A stretch of 64,000 nt of DNA, taken from Patescibacteria group bacterium. GTDB lineage: Bacteria > Patescibacteriota > Patescibacteriia > UBA2591 > UBA4787. Where the stretch lies: positions 4,944 to 68,943 of the forward strand of contig JAQUSN010000002.1 of the NCBI GenBank assembly GCA_028715115.1. The letters are read 5' to 3'. Position numbers and translations under genes: made by a program. Of this stretch, positions 6,284-15,705 are shown one piece after another (the first letter of the stretch is position 1; every line of letters starts with the position of its first letter). The notes beneath the pieces are model-generated. The model worked only from the letters and a program-made list of their open reading frames with translations, was not told the DNA's origin and searched no databases.

Positions 6284-7618
6284 TTATTTATTCTCTTCCA
6301 TTACGGTAATCTTTTTATCTTTGTATTTTAATTTGCTTTTTAGATTAGCCAGTAGCTCCCGTTTGTCTGAGATACCGCCTTCTTTTAAGAGATACTTAGC
6401 ATATTCGCGGATATTAACTTCACTTTCTTCAACCAAGGTTGGCGCGGTTTTGGTATTGCTGTCAACGATTTTTCTTAATTTATTAAATCTTTTAATTTCA
6501 TCTTGGAGCTTAACTCTTATCCCCAGTTCATTGATACTTACAATATCTATAATCTTAAACAATTCGTCAATTAATTCCTCTTCCCTAATATATTTATTTT
6601 TACAGTTTCTATCTTTGGCCCTTGAGCAGCCGTAATAAATATAATGAGCCGAGCTGCCATCTTTGAGGGTTTTCCATTTTTCTTCAGCCGATATTCCTGA
6701 CCCGCAATAGCCGCAAGTGAATAGTTTAGTGAAGGCGAACTCCTTGTTTTCTCGGACGATCTGATCTCTTTTTAATTGTGCTTTGGCCTTTTCAAATAAT
6801 TCCTGAGTGATAATTGGCTGATGTTTGCCGGTATACCAGTTGCCGCTGCCTCGGGGATGTTCAAAAGCTCCATAATAGAACGAATTGTCTAGAATGCGAT
6901 AAATCCCGCTTAGGGTTAGCGGCTTATTGCCTCGAGTATAGAAGTTCAGCTCGAATCTTAGCCAGTTGTACAGCTTAATGCCGGAACAATATTCGTAAGC
7001 AACCTTTTCGAACATTTTTTTAATTATTGGAGCCCTAGCCGGATCAACGACGATCTGGCATTTTTTATCCATCAATTTTTGGTTTAGATATCCAAGGGGA
7101 GCTAGTCCGGGCCATAAGCCCATTTCTACCCTAGTGCGCAATCCTCGTTTAACGTTAATACTGCGATTATCATTTTCCAGTTTAGCTTGCGAACCCAATA
7201 TCATTAACAGAAATTTCTCGTTAGGGTTATTGGTAAATTTTTGGCCAAACGTACGAATCTCTATTAAAAGCTTGGCATCCATTAAATCAACTATTTTACC
7301 CAGATCGCCGGCATTTCTTGAAATTCTATCTGGCGCCCAAGTCAAAATAGCGTTATATTTTCCCTGTTTGATTTCTTCGATAATCTCATTGAAGATCGGC
7401 CTCTGTCCTGCTTCTTTGGCTGAATGCGACTCACGCTTCACGGCCGTGACCTCCAAGTTTTCCTTTTCGGCCAATTGAAACATTTCTTTAATCTGGCTAT
7501 CAATCGACAGTACCTGTCTTTCTTCACTTTCAGTGCTTTTTCTAGCATAAAGGCAATATTTAGCCTTAATTACTTGATTAAGTCCTTGATTTTTTGCTAA
7601 GGTTTTTGTTTGTTCCAT
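6284..7618 (-). CDS. Large serine recombinase (resolvase/invertase N-domain + recombinase domain + zinc ribbon)
   Basis: The N-terminus YCLYARKSTESEERQVLSIDSQ carries the catalytic Ser context. A recombinase domain follows, with a Cys cluster CGYCGSG...YYGCS. It is ~60% identical to 48535-49896. Confidence 0.85.
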   Translation of the reverse strand: MEQTKTLAKNQGLNQVIKAKYCLYARKSTESEERQVLSIDSQIKEMFQLAEKENLEVTAVKRESHSAKEAGQRPIFNEIIEEIKQGKYNAILTWAPDRISRNAGDLGKIVDLMDAKLLIEIRTFGQKFTNNPNEKFLLMILGSQAKLENDNRSINVKRGLRTRVEMGLWPGLAPLGYLNQKLMDKKCQIVVDPARAPIIKKMFEKVAYEYCSGIKLYNWLRFELNFYTRGNKPLTLSGIYRILDNSFYYGAFEHPRGSGNWYTGKHQPIITQELFEKAKAQLKRDQIVRENKEFAFTKLFTCGYCGSGISAEEKWKTLKDGSSAHYIYYGCSRAKDRNCKNKYIREEELIDELFKIIDIVSINELGIRVKLQDEIKRFNKLRKIVDSNTKTAPTLVEESEVNIREYAKYLLKEGGISDKRELLANLKSKLKYKDKKITVMEENK

Positions 7619-7923
7619 AGGTTTTTGTCTTATTGGTTACTATGGAAAGGAATGACAAAACTGCTCAAAGAGTCCAGAGCAGAGGAGTAGACAACCTGTC
7701 GGTAACTAAGCTTCACTTTTTACTTTGTTATGTTAAGATATAAGCACAATTAATTTGCCTAAACCCATGGATTTCTGTGGGCATGGCAATAAAAACCGGT
7801 AAAGGATATTAAGCTCGTCGTCAGAGCTCCTTTACCGGTCATATCCTCGAAAGGGGGTATGGGTAGCGCAAGCTATCGCTGGCGGCGAGCTTTGTGTTTT
7901 CCGCCAAATAGTAATTTTATTTT

Positions 7924-8778
7924 ATGAAAAACAAGGTTATTAATTGGCTATTTATTCTCTGTCTTTTTCTAGTTTCTTTATCTTTGACTGGCTGTTCAAG
8001 CCAGACCACTAATTTAATAAACCAGCCAACAAACAATGTTGTTAATCAAACTAATAGTCCGACAGAAGCAGCAAACGAGGTGGTGCAAAACCTTCAAAAC
8101 AATGTTGTCATTAACAATAAAGATAATAGTGTGGTGGATAATAATCAAATCCCCGACTATTATTCTGTCACTAAGGTGGTTGACGGCGATACTTTTAAGG
8201 TCTCAATCAATGGCTCAGAAAAAAGCATTCGTTTGATCGGCCTTGATACGCCAGAAACTGTTGACCCAAGAAAGCCAGTTCAATGTTTTGGAGTTGCGGC
8301 ATCAAATAAGGCCAAAGAGTTATTGTCTAGCAAAAAAGTAAAACTCGAAGCCGATTCATCTCAAGGCGATCTTGATAAATATGGCCGCTTGCTTCGTTAT
8401 GCTTTTTTGGAAGACGGTACCTTCTTTAACAAGTGGATGATCGCTAACGGTTATGGTCATGAATATACGTACAATTTGCCGTATAAATACCAAACAGAGT
8501 TTAAAGAGGCCGAGAGATCAGCCCAAACCAATAAATTGGGCTTATGGGCCGACGGCGCCTGTGATAGTCAAGCCAATACACAATCCCCAGTTCCGGCCAC
8601 ACCAGCAGCTACGGGGCATGTTTTTTACACCTCATCTTACTACACCTCTAAAACCTATTATTGTGATACAGATTTGGCATGGAAAAATCTTAGCCCAAAA
8701 TACCTGAAACAGTTTTCAAGCGAAGTAGAGCTATCAAAGGTTTATCCTACCAAGACTCTTCACGAACCATGCAAATAG
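7924..8778 (+). CDS. Thermonuclease (staphylococcal nuclease-like, SNase) lipoprotein
   Basis: Lipoprotein signal ...LSLTGCSS. SNase motifs DGDTFKV...IRLIGLDTPE...YGRLLRY. Confidence 0.8.
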   Translation: MKNKVINWLFILCLFLVSLSLTGCSSQTTNLINQPTNNVVNQTNSPTEAANEVVQNLQNNVVINNKDNSVVDNNQIPDYYSVTKVVDGDTFKVSINGSEKSIRLIGLDTPETVDPRKPVQCFGVAASNKAKELLSSKKVKLEADSSQGDLDKYGRLLRYAFLEDGTFFNKWMIANGYGHEYTYNLPYKYQTEFKEAERSAQTNKLGLWADGACDSQANTQSPVPATPAATGHVFYTSSYYTSKTYYCDTDLAWKNLSPKYLKQFSSEVELSKVYPTKTLHEPCK

Positions 8779-9984
8779 TTATCCGTTTGTTGAGCTATTA
8801 TTTTTAGGTGGTGGCCATGGCTTACTAATCATGCCTCCCTCCTTATTATAATCTATAAGATATTCTCGTGTTTTCTCCTTGCTCTCCATGAGCTCAAGGA
8901 AATGGTTCCAGTCTTCTACCGTTACCACCTCTCCATTTGGACCGACGCTTTTTGAGCTATAGGGAGCACTGATGCAAAAATCAGGATGAATATTTCTCTT
9001 TTCTCTCTCTTCAGGACTTAAATATTGACCGAAATATTTTTCATAAAGCGCTGGTGGATAAAATTCGCGAGTTCGAGGGCCGGTTACTAGTAAATATTCC
9101 TGTAGCCAAATTAATTCATCCGAGCAACTGCTTTTTATTCTTTCAATATCTTCGGGTTTGAATTTCTCCGGCCAAAGGTTTCGATCATTATCATCCAAGA
9201 GGGGATAAATGCAGCAGGCAGCATTGGCAATCCGATTCTGAACAATTTCCCTATAAAGCTTCATAATCAATGATGAATTGTCTAATAGATTGCCCAATAC
9301 GACAATGTTGGTTGATTTATCGCCGGCCGGCATAATCTCATTTTTAAACCATTCGCACATCCTTTTGCCTTCTTTGTAATTTTTCGCGGATTGCCTGTCT
9401 TCCAAATCGTCACAAATAATCAGGTCGGGTCGATGCTGTCCGAATTTTATTCCCCTGATATTTTGCCGTAATCCGGCAGCCATAATCATGGCTCCGTATT
9501 TTTTTAGCAAAATATGGTTTGGCCCCCAATCTTCATGATCTTGACGGAAGCCGCCGAAGTCATTATTTAATAGTTCATTGCTTTCCAGTTCGTATTTTAT
9601 ATTTTCCAGATGAAGCTTGGCTTGTTTTTTGTGCTGACTTAGAATCAGCACAAACTTTTTTTGCGGTTTGCCGATGATTGACCAAATAATGTTCGAAAGA
9701 TTCATGATGGTGCTTTTGCCTGAACCGCGAAAAGCGATTATGTTAACCAATCGATATGAGGGATCTTCTGTGATAGTCAGCATCTGTTTGTGGAAAATAG
9801 CCAAAGGATAGCTTAAATGATCAGCCAAGTAAATTTTTGAAAACCAATAGTGACTTTGCTTGGCAAGTTCTTGTCGGAATCGGCGGCTTGTTTTTATCTG
9901 TTCAAAAATGGTCCCAATCGGCTGGGTCTCGTTCCTTCTTGGCACCAGCTCCGTCTGTTTTTGGCGGGATTCCTGATTTGTCAT
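8779..9984 (-). CDS. Phage terminase large subunit (TerL)-like ATPase/nuclease
   Basis: Walker A AFRGSGKST and Walker B LIICDDLED, with C-terminal acidic nuclease-like motifs. It is overlapped upstream by a TerS-like ORF. Confidence 0.75.
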   Translation of the reverse strand: MTNQESRQKQTELVPRRNETQPIGTIFEQIKTSRRFRQELAKQSHYWFSKIYLADHLSYPLAIFHKQMLTITEDPSYRLVNIIAFRGSGKSTIMNLSNIIWSIIGKPQKKFVLILSQHKKQAKLHLENIKYELESNELLNNDFGGFRQDHEDWGPNHILLKKYGAMIMAAGLRQNIRGIKFGQHRPDLIICDDLEDRQSAKNYKEGKRMCEWFKNEIMPAGDKSTNIVVLGNLLDNSSLIMKLYREIVQNRIANAACCIYPLLDDNDRNLWPEKFKPEDIERIKSSCSDELIWLQEYLLVTGPRTREFYPPALYEKYFGQYLSPEEREKRNIHPDFCISAPYSSKSVGPNGEVVTVEDWNHFLELMESKEKTREYLIDYNKEGGMISKPWPPPKNNSSTNG

Positions 9985-10354
9985 ATTCCTCTTTTGCCAC
10001 TTCCGTGGCTATTTTTAACAATTTAATTTGCTCCGGCTTTAATTCTTCATAATACGCTTCTTTTACTGTGTGCAGTTTCTCGGCATATTGCGAATGGTGA
10101 TTCTTAAGCCAATAAATAATGGCCGTGATATTTCCTTTTTTTATCAAGCTGAGCAACTGACTTTCAGCCATATCGTTGATTAGTGACGATCCATCAGAAA
10201 TGGCATCATCGGCTAATCGGGCAAAGGCTTTATCTTCCTTGCGCCAACGATAATAGCTGCTTCTGTTGAGCCCGACCTTTTCACAGGCAAACTGAACTAT
10301 GGGGACCCTCTTTAGTTGCTCAAGCAGATTTCTTTTTATTTCTTTGGTCTTCAT
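9902..10354 (-). CDS. Phage terminase small subunit-like / HTH DNA-binding protein
   Basis: 150 aa with an N-terminal HTH-like segment (FACEKVGLNRSSYYRWRKED). Position immediately upstream of and overlapping TerL. Confidence 0.45.
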   Translation of the reverse strand: MKTKEIKRNLLEQLKRVPIVQFACEKVGLNRSSYYRWRKEDKAFARLADDAISDGSSLINDMAESQLLSLIKKGNITAIIYWLKNHHSQYAEKLHTVKEAYYEELKPEQIKLLKIATEVAKEEYDKSGIPPKTDGAGAKKERDPADWDHF

Positions 10355-11751
10355 AAAACCTTGTGCGCTTTAACTCCGGTTAGCTTTTCCCATCGGTTCC
10401 GAATAACCTCTGCATAGACGGGCGACTTCTCCATTAGATAGCAGCGACGTTTCATCTTCTCGGCAGCGATCAGTGTTGATCCGCTGCCGCCAAACGGCTC
10501 AATAATTAAGTCATTTCTCTTGGTTAAAACCTTGAGATAGGGGATAAGAACTTCAAGCGGTTTGGTTCCGAAGATAATCCCTTGGCCTGAGCTTTTCTCG
10601 TCGGCGGCCGTATATTCGATATAATCGGTGGGGCAATATTTCTTGCCGGCTTCGTAGCTTTCCCAATGCGGTTTGCCGGAAGTGGCGTAAAGAGCGTTTT
10701 CATATTCCTCTTGCAGTAATCCTTCTTCGGGCCCCAAATTCAAATCAACTTTCCCCTGGGTTCCCACGGCGGCAATATCTGTCTTATTGAAGAATTTATA
10801 TTTAGCTGCAAAGCCCTGGCATCTGTTTGGCACATGCCAAGTAATCGTATTTCTGTATTTCCAGTGTTTCTCTAATTCCAACCAAATAGTTTTAAGATTC
10901 TTGGGATTTTCAAAGACAATAATTGAAAAGTCGGACTTTTGAATCTTGGCAACATTAGCCATCCATTTTTCGGTAAAGTCCGGCGGCAATTCATCTGTTT
11001 CCAGATATTTGCGATCTCGCTTTAAACCAAATCCCTCGATTGCTTCGCCGTGCTTCTTTTTGCCTTTTAAATAATCTAAGAGGTAAGGTGGGTCAGTGAA
11101 ACACATATCTGCACTTTCATTGCCCATTAGCCTCAAGACGTCATTTTCAATAGTTGAATCGCCGCACATTAAGCGGTGATTACCTAATTGCCAAACGTCG
11201 CCCCTTTGAATCTCAATTTGAGAAATGTTTAATTTATCCAATTCTTTCTTTAGATCAAATATTTCTGGGCTTTCGTCAATGCCAAAGATGTTATCCATCT
11301 CTTCCGAAGAGAATCCAACGTCGCCCAGCATCTTTTCGCCAAAATCAGCCAAAATGTTCCAATCAAACTCACCGGTGTTTTTATTGAGGCGAAGATTGAT
11401 TTCTTTCTCAAGCTCTAGGCCTGGGATATCAACCCAAACAATGGGCACGGTGGTAAAGCCCAATTCTTTGACAATCTTTAACCGAAAATTCCCGCCTAAC
11501 ACCACCCCTTTGCGGTTTAACGCTGAATTAACAATTAAAGGATCAATTAGTCCGAATTTAGCAATTGATTCTTTTAGATTTTTGCTTGTTTCATCTGACC
11601 AGACTCGTGGATTATATTCACACGGTTTTAGTTGATCAATTGAAACGTACTCGACCTTTAGAATTGACTTCGCGACAGAAGTTTCCATAGGTATTAAATT
11701 AATGATTAATAAATTAAATAAACAAAAGCGACCCAAAAAAGAATTCATCAA
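10351..11751 (-). CDS. ParB-like nuclease domain fused to DNA methyltransferase (N6-adenine/N4-cytosine, beta class)
   Basis: N-terminal ParB-N-like region, a DPPY motif (MCFTDPPYLLDY) and a C-terminal SAM motif I (IIEPFGGSGST). This is the typical phage ParB-MTase architecture. Confidence 0.8.
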   Translation of the reverse strand: MMNSFLGRFCLFNLLIINLIPMETSVAKSILKVEYVSIDQLKPCEYNPRVWSDETSKNLKESIAKFGLIDPLIVNSALNRKGVVLGGNFRLKIVKELGFTTVPIVWVDIPGLELEKEINLRLNKNTGEFDWNILADFGEKMLGDVGFSSEEMDNIFGIDESPEIFDLKKELDKLNISQIEIQRGDVWQLGNHRLMCGDSTIENDVLRLMGNESADMCFTDPPYLLDYLKGKKKHGEAIEGFGLKRDRKYLETDELPPDFTEKWMANVAKIQKSDFSIIVFENPKNLKTIWLELEKHWKYRNTITWHVPNRCQGFAAKYKFFNKTDIAAVGTQGKVDLNLGPEEGLLQEEYENALYATSGKPHWESYEAGKKYCPTDYIEYTAADEKSSGQGIIFGTKPLEVLIPYLKVLTKRNDLIIEPFGGSGSTLIAAEKMKRRCYLMEKSPVYAEVIRNRWEKLTGVKAHKVL

Positions 11752-11961
11752 AAATTGATGTAACCCTTTTTTGGGCCGCGTTGTACATGTTGGAGATCAA
11801 CCTAGGTTGGTGATTATCTTGATTCGATGGCTAATGTTATCGTAGCCTATCGGCGGAATTACGCGGTCTGTATTAAATTGTTATTTATAGTATAAAACAA
11901 GAATATATTTTGGCAAGAAAAGTTATCCACATATCGTGAACCCTGTGAACATAGTATACAC

Positions 11962-11989
11962 TTGACAGTTTTTAAAATGATGTTATGAT
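11962..11989 (+). promoter_or_regulatory. Sigma70-like promoter (TTGACA - 16 nt - TATGAT) for the repressor gene
   Basis: ttgaca at 11962-11967 and tatgat at 11984-11989, directly upstream of the ATG at 11992. It lies in the divergent region between ParB-MTase and the repressor. Confidence 0.4.
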
Positions 11990-11991
11990 AA

Positions 11992-12645
11992 TTGCATATG
12001 ACTATTCATAAAACACAACTTAAATTATTAGAATTAATGAAAACACACAATCTGAATGGCCTGTCTTTGCGTGATATTGGTGAGTTAATTGGGATAAAGG
12101 ATAAACCCCATATAATTAGGCATCATCTTTTACAATTGAAGAAACGAGGACTCATCTATTGGGATCAATCAAAAAAAGAGATTAGAAAAATATCAAAGGG
12201 AATAGAGAGCGATAGCGGTTTAGTTCCCATTCCCATTCTTGGCGCGGCTAATTGTGGCCCGGCCACTCTTTTGGCTGAACAAAATATTCAAGGATATCTT
12301 AGGATATCAAAAAGATTTTTGCCTCGAGTTACAAAAAATATCTTTGCCATTAGAGCCGTTGGTTCATCTTTGAATAGGGCCGATGTTGATCACAAAGGAA
12401 TGCATATTGATGATGGCGATTATGTTTTGATCGATAGTAGTTATCGAAACCCACAAAACAAAGATTATGTTTTATCTGTTATTGATGATGTTGCCAATAT
12501 TAAGAAGTTTATCAGAGAGAAAAATAAAATAACTTTATTATCTGAATCAACAGAAAATATTCCACCCATCTATATACACCGTGATGATAATTATATGATT
12601 AACGGTAAGGTAATCCAAGTAATTAAGAAACCTAAAATAGATTAA
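11992..12645 (+). CDS. LexA/CI-like repressor (N-terminal winged HTH + S24 peptidase domain)
   Basis: An HTH-like N-terminus (LSLRDIGELIGIKDKPHIIRHHLLQLKKRGLI), then an S24-like AIRAVGSSLNRA (Ser) and a later Lys. The divergent orientation from the phage genes is typical of a CI repressor. Confidence 0.65.
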   Translation: MHMTIHKTQLKLLELMKTHNLNGLSLRDIGELIGIKDKPHIIRHHLLQLKKRGLIYWDQSKKEIRKISKGIESDSGLVPIPILGAANCGPATLLAEQNIQGYLRISKRFLPRVTKNIFAIRAVGSSLNRADVDHKGMHIDDGDYVLIDSSYRNPQNKDYVLSVIDDVANIKKFIREKNKITLLSESTENIPPIYIHRDDNYMINGKVIQVIKKPKID

Positions 12646-12806
12646 TAGTATTTATAGTTCTTTAAAAGCTGGCGAGGAAAAACGGCGCCCGATTTATGTT
12701 TCTTTTATCTCAGACTAATCACCTTTACCCCCTCCAAGAGTTATTTTACGATGATTCTTGGAGGGCTGGTTTAAAGGTTGAACAGTCCGAGTTTAATTAA
12801 CAATAA

Positions 12807-12998
12807 TTGACGTACTGTTTTATGAATGAACGAATTTCGGTTAAGACAGGACAGATAGCGCCAATCTCTGGTCAATATAGGCCGGTCGGCACTACTTTTG
12901 AGATCACCCTTTCTAAGGGCGATCGCGTCCCGCCTTATCAAGGCAGAGCCTGGACATTTGTTTTGGTTGATAAAACCAAACATATGATTAGGTACTAA
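12807..12998 (+). CDS. Small hypothetical protein (YjzC-like?)
   Basis: 63 aa. KTGQIAPISGQYRPVGTTFEITLSKGDRVPPYQG resembles the small YjzC family. The ORF overlaps an antisense ORF, so the call is weak. Confidence 0.3.
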   Translation: MTYCFMNERISVKTGQIAPISGQYRPVGTTFEITLSKGDRVPPYQGRAWTFVLVDKTKHMIRY

Positions 12999-13050
12999 TC
13001 TTGCTTTAAGCCTCGTCAGCTTTTAGAGAACTATACGATGTTATAATTTT

Positions 13051-13644
13051 ATGCTGTCTAAGAAATCTATCGAGGAATATAAAAGGATATACAAAGAACA
13101 TTATGGTCAAGAAATATCAGACCAAGAAGCTCTCGAACAGGGGACCAATCTGCTTAATTTTTATAAGATTCTTTATGAGTGCGAACTGAAGGAATTTCGA
13201 TGGAAAGAGAAATTAAAAGACAGCCCCAAGGGGGTTCACATAGATGCTGGGGAATATACTTGTTGTGTGTGCAAAAATCATGTTGATGGTACAGTTTGTT
13301 GGTATGATCAAAATGGTATTAAATGCCCTCTATGCCAGAAAGCTGTTGAGAATAATATCATTCCAGTAGAAGTTTGTAAGGATCGTGATAGTTGGTATGC
13401 TGTTTGGGAATTTGATCATTATTTTAAGATGAAAGCAGCTACCGTTCGTAAGTTCATTCGCAATGGTAAACTTAAAGCAAGAATTATAACAGATGAAAAC
13501 GGGCATACACATTGCGAGGTTTTAATGATTAAAGAAAATTCAGAAGTTTTACCATCCAAGCCAAAGAGTCATATGGTGCAAAATAAAGATGGGTCGTTCC
13601 ACGTAGAGTATGAAGAAGTTAATTTAGATAAGTTATTAAAATAA
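13051..13644 (+). CDS. Hypothetical Cys-rich protein (possible zinc-binding)
   Basis: 197 aa with CCVCKNH...CWYDQNGIKCPLCQK. No family was recognised. Confidence 0.5.
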   Translation: MLSKKSIEEYKRIYKEHYGQEISDQEALEQGTNLLNFYKILYECELKEFRWKEKLKDSPKGVHIDAGEYTCCVCKNHVDGTVCWYDQNGIKCPLCQKAVENNIIPVEVCKDRDSWYAVWEFDHYFKMKAATVRKFIRNGKLKARIITDENGHTHCEVLMIKENSEVLPSKPKSHMVQNKDGSFHVEYEEVNLDKLLK

Positions 13645-13653
13645 AAATATTTT

Positions 13654-14433
13654 ATGGATAATGATGGAATAAATTTAGATTTATGGAATAAATTAAGTGC
13701 TGTTCAAAAGAAGACTCGAATAGAGTTCGCGCTAAAAATTATTATTAATGTTGCGCAGATTCAAAAACAATCACTAAAAAATATTAAAAAATTTGGTAAT
13801 CCAGACGCAGAAAGGTTTCTCTATTTTGAGAAAACATTAGATGATATATGGGAAAACATAAAATTTGCTATTTCATTGGGAAAGGGGAAAAACAGAAAGT
13901 TTGCCTTTTATCCCGCTAGAAGTGTTTTAGAAAATTTTTTTAGATTAGATTATTTTACCCAGCAAAATCCGCAAGAACAAAAAAATATTGCCATGATGGA
14001 GGCTCTTAAAGTTTGTAAGATAATGTATGATCAAGAAAAAACAAACAATCATACAGAGGGGATGAAATCTTTTAATAATCACTATCAGAAAGTAAGCGAT
14101 GGTACCTACCAAGATATTGATAGTATAAATTTAAGTAGTCTTGATGCGTTTCCGTCAATGAAAGAAATGATGAAGCGTTCAAATCTTCTAGATGGGAATG
14201 AATGGTATTTTATATATCGGAGCTTGTCAGAGTCTGCTCATGGAAAATTTATGGCTAGACTGATTAGAGAACTTGATGATAGGGCAGAGTATATTAGATC
14301 ATTAATGTGTTTAAATCGTATAGCAATTGAAACAATTAAAATTACTGATTTCCATTTAAGATTTAAAACTAAAGATGACGTAAAAAGGGTTATTATACAG
14401 GCTAAGTCAATCATTGAGAGACAACAATCATGA
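13654..14433 (+). CDS. Hypothetical protein
   Basis: 259 aa ORF with coding-like composition. No motif was recognised. Confidence 0.5.
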   Translation: MDNDGINLDLWNKLSAVQKKTRIEFALKIIINVAQIQKQSLKNIKKFGNPDAERFLYFEKTLDDIWENIKFAISLGKGKNRKFAFYPARSVLENFFRLDYFTQQNPQEQKNIAMMEALKVCKIMYDQEKTNNHTEGMKSFNNHYQKVSDGTYQDIDSINLSSLDAFPSMKEMMKRSNLLDGNEWYFIYRSLSESAHGKFMARLIRELDDRAEYIRSLMCLNRIAIETIKITDFHLRFKTKDDVKRVIIQAKSIIERQQS

Positions 14434-14768
14434 TTCAATTTATTACACCAAAATTATTTCAGAGCATTGTTGATCAGGGTTATGATATGGCGGCTTTATG
14501 GATGAACGAAGTGGTCAAAATGATTTTAAAATTATATTGGCCATATATTTTAGCTTTTTTGTTTTTCGCTGCATTGGTCAAAATTTGCCAATGGAGAATT
14601 GGCAGTTTAATTTATCATATAATTGCCGGCACCTTTTTAATGGTCCTATTTATAATTGGTGGGGGATTTAAAATATTTTTTAATCCCTTCTTTGATTTAA
14701 TCTGTTTTTTCATATATAAACTTTCATTCTATTTAACGGGCCAAACTTGGCACAGTAGATTAAGGTAG
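14430..14768 (+). CDS. Small membrane protein (3 predicted TM segments)
   Basis: 112 aa with hydrophobic stretches. Overlaps the preceding gene by 4 nt. Confidence 0.5.
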   Translation: MIQFITPKLFQSIVDQGYDMAALWMNEVVKMILKLYWPYILAFLFFAALVKICQWRIGSLIYHIIAGTFLMVLFIIGGGFKIFFNPFFDLICFFIYKLSFYLTGQTWHSRLR

Positions 14769-14806
14769 TTAATGTTCTTCTGGATAGAGAAGAAGGGTAT
14801 CTTAGC

Positions 14807-14858
14807 AAAAAGAGACACAAAGCACTCCTTTTTATAGTGTCTCATTTGTCGCATTTTG
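14807..14858. repeat. Palindromic repeat copy A (AAAAGAGACAC - 18 nt - GTGTCTCATTTGTCGCATTTTG)
   Basis: The right arm is near-identical to 56734-56755 (GTGTCTCATTTGTCTCATTTTG). It lies just after the last gene of island 1. Confidence 0.5.
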
Positions 14859-15084
14859 GGCTGCATAAGGTCGGCCTAGCAACCCACGTGCTTCAAAATT
14901 AGCACTAGACAAGTCGCCAAATAAGCTTTATAATTTCTATATATACGGGGTACTTAACCAGAGTGTCCCGCCAGCAAAAATATTTATTACATAATCAAAA
15001 AGCTCCGCAAGTGGGGCTTTTTGGTTAGTTCAACATGTCCTTGACGTACGCCCCAGCATATTATATTATTTAAATAGTTGGATA

Positions 15085-15693
15085 TTGGAGGTCTTTTCGT
15101 CAGATATAACATTATTTTTTAATGGGTTTATGTCTGTATCGAAGGTGATCATAATATCCGGACCCCCATGTACGGGGAAAACTACTTTAGCGAAAAAAGT
15201 AGCAAGCGTTTTTGGTTTGCCTATAGTTAGTTGTGACTCGATAAGGGAAATACTGTTTGATATATTTAATTGTTCTAATTTAGTGATGTTTAGAAAAGAT
15301 CGAGAAGCCGGCTTTGCCATCATGTTTAATATTTTGAAATTACTTTTTACTTGCAACCAGAATTTAATAATTGATTCGACTTTTTGGAGAAGAGAGGTTA
15401 GGAAAGAATTAAAAAAATTACAGAAACAATATAAGTTTAAATCTTTACAAATCAATCTTAAGTCATCTGGCATTGTTCTTTGGGATAGATATCAAGAGAG
15501 GGTAGCGTCTGGCCATCGGCATAAGGGATATTTAGATCATTTAAGGCAAAGAGAATTAAGGGCTAAGATTATAAAAGGTTTTTCTATTCCGCCTAAATTG
15601 AAGGGCAAAACCATAAAAGTAGATACAACCGATTTTACCAAGGTTGATTATAGGGGGTTAATAAAGAAGATAAAAATTTTTTTAGCAGCATAG
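15085..15693 (+). CDS. P-loop NTPase / kinase (AAA_33 / zeta-toxin-like fold)
   Basis: Walker A ISGPPCTGKTTLAKK. The true start may be the internal Met (MSVSKV, ~15130). Confidence 0.55.
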   Translation: MEVFSSDITLFFNGFMSVSKVIIISGPPCTGKTTLAKKVASVFGLPIVSCDSIREILFDIFNCSNLVMFRKDREAGFAIMFNILKLLFTCNQNLIIDSTFWRREVRKELKKLQKQYKFKSLQINLKSSGIVLWDRYQERVASGHRHKGYLDHLRQRELRAKIIKGFSIPPKLKGKTIKVDTTDFTKVDYRGLIKKIKIFLAA

Positions 15694-15705
15694 ATTATAA
15701 TATAA

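Larger units (their letters stand above)
6088..14858. mobile_element. Putative integrated element / degraded prophage (island 1): serine recombinase, thermonuclease, TerL, TerS, ParB-MTase, CI/LexA-like repressor, 3 hypothetical genes; bounded by palindromic repeats C and A
   Basis: Phage-type gene content with no structural genes. A recombinase sits at one end and members of the same palindromic repeat family at both ends. The boundaries are inferred. Confidence 0.4.

Noticed and set aside
15066-15473. ORF 15066-15473 (-)
   Set aside because: It is antisense to the P-loop kinase gene, which has a clear Walker A motif on the plus strand.
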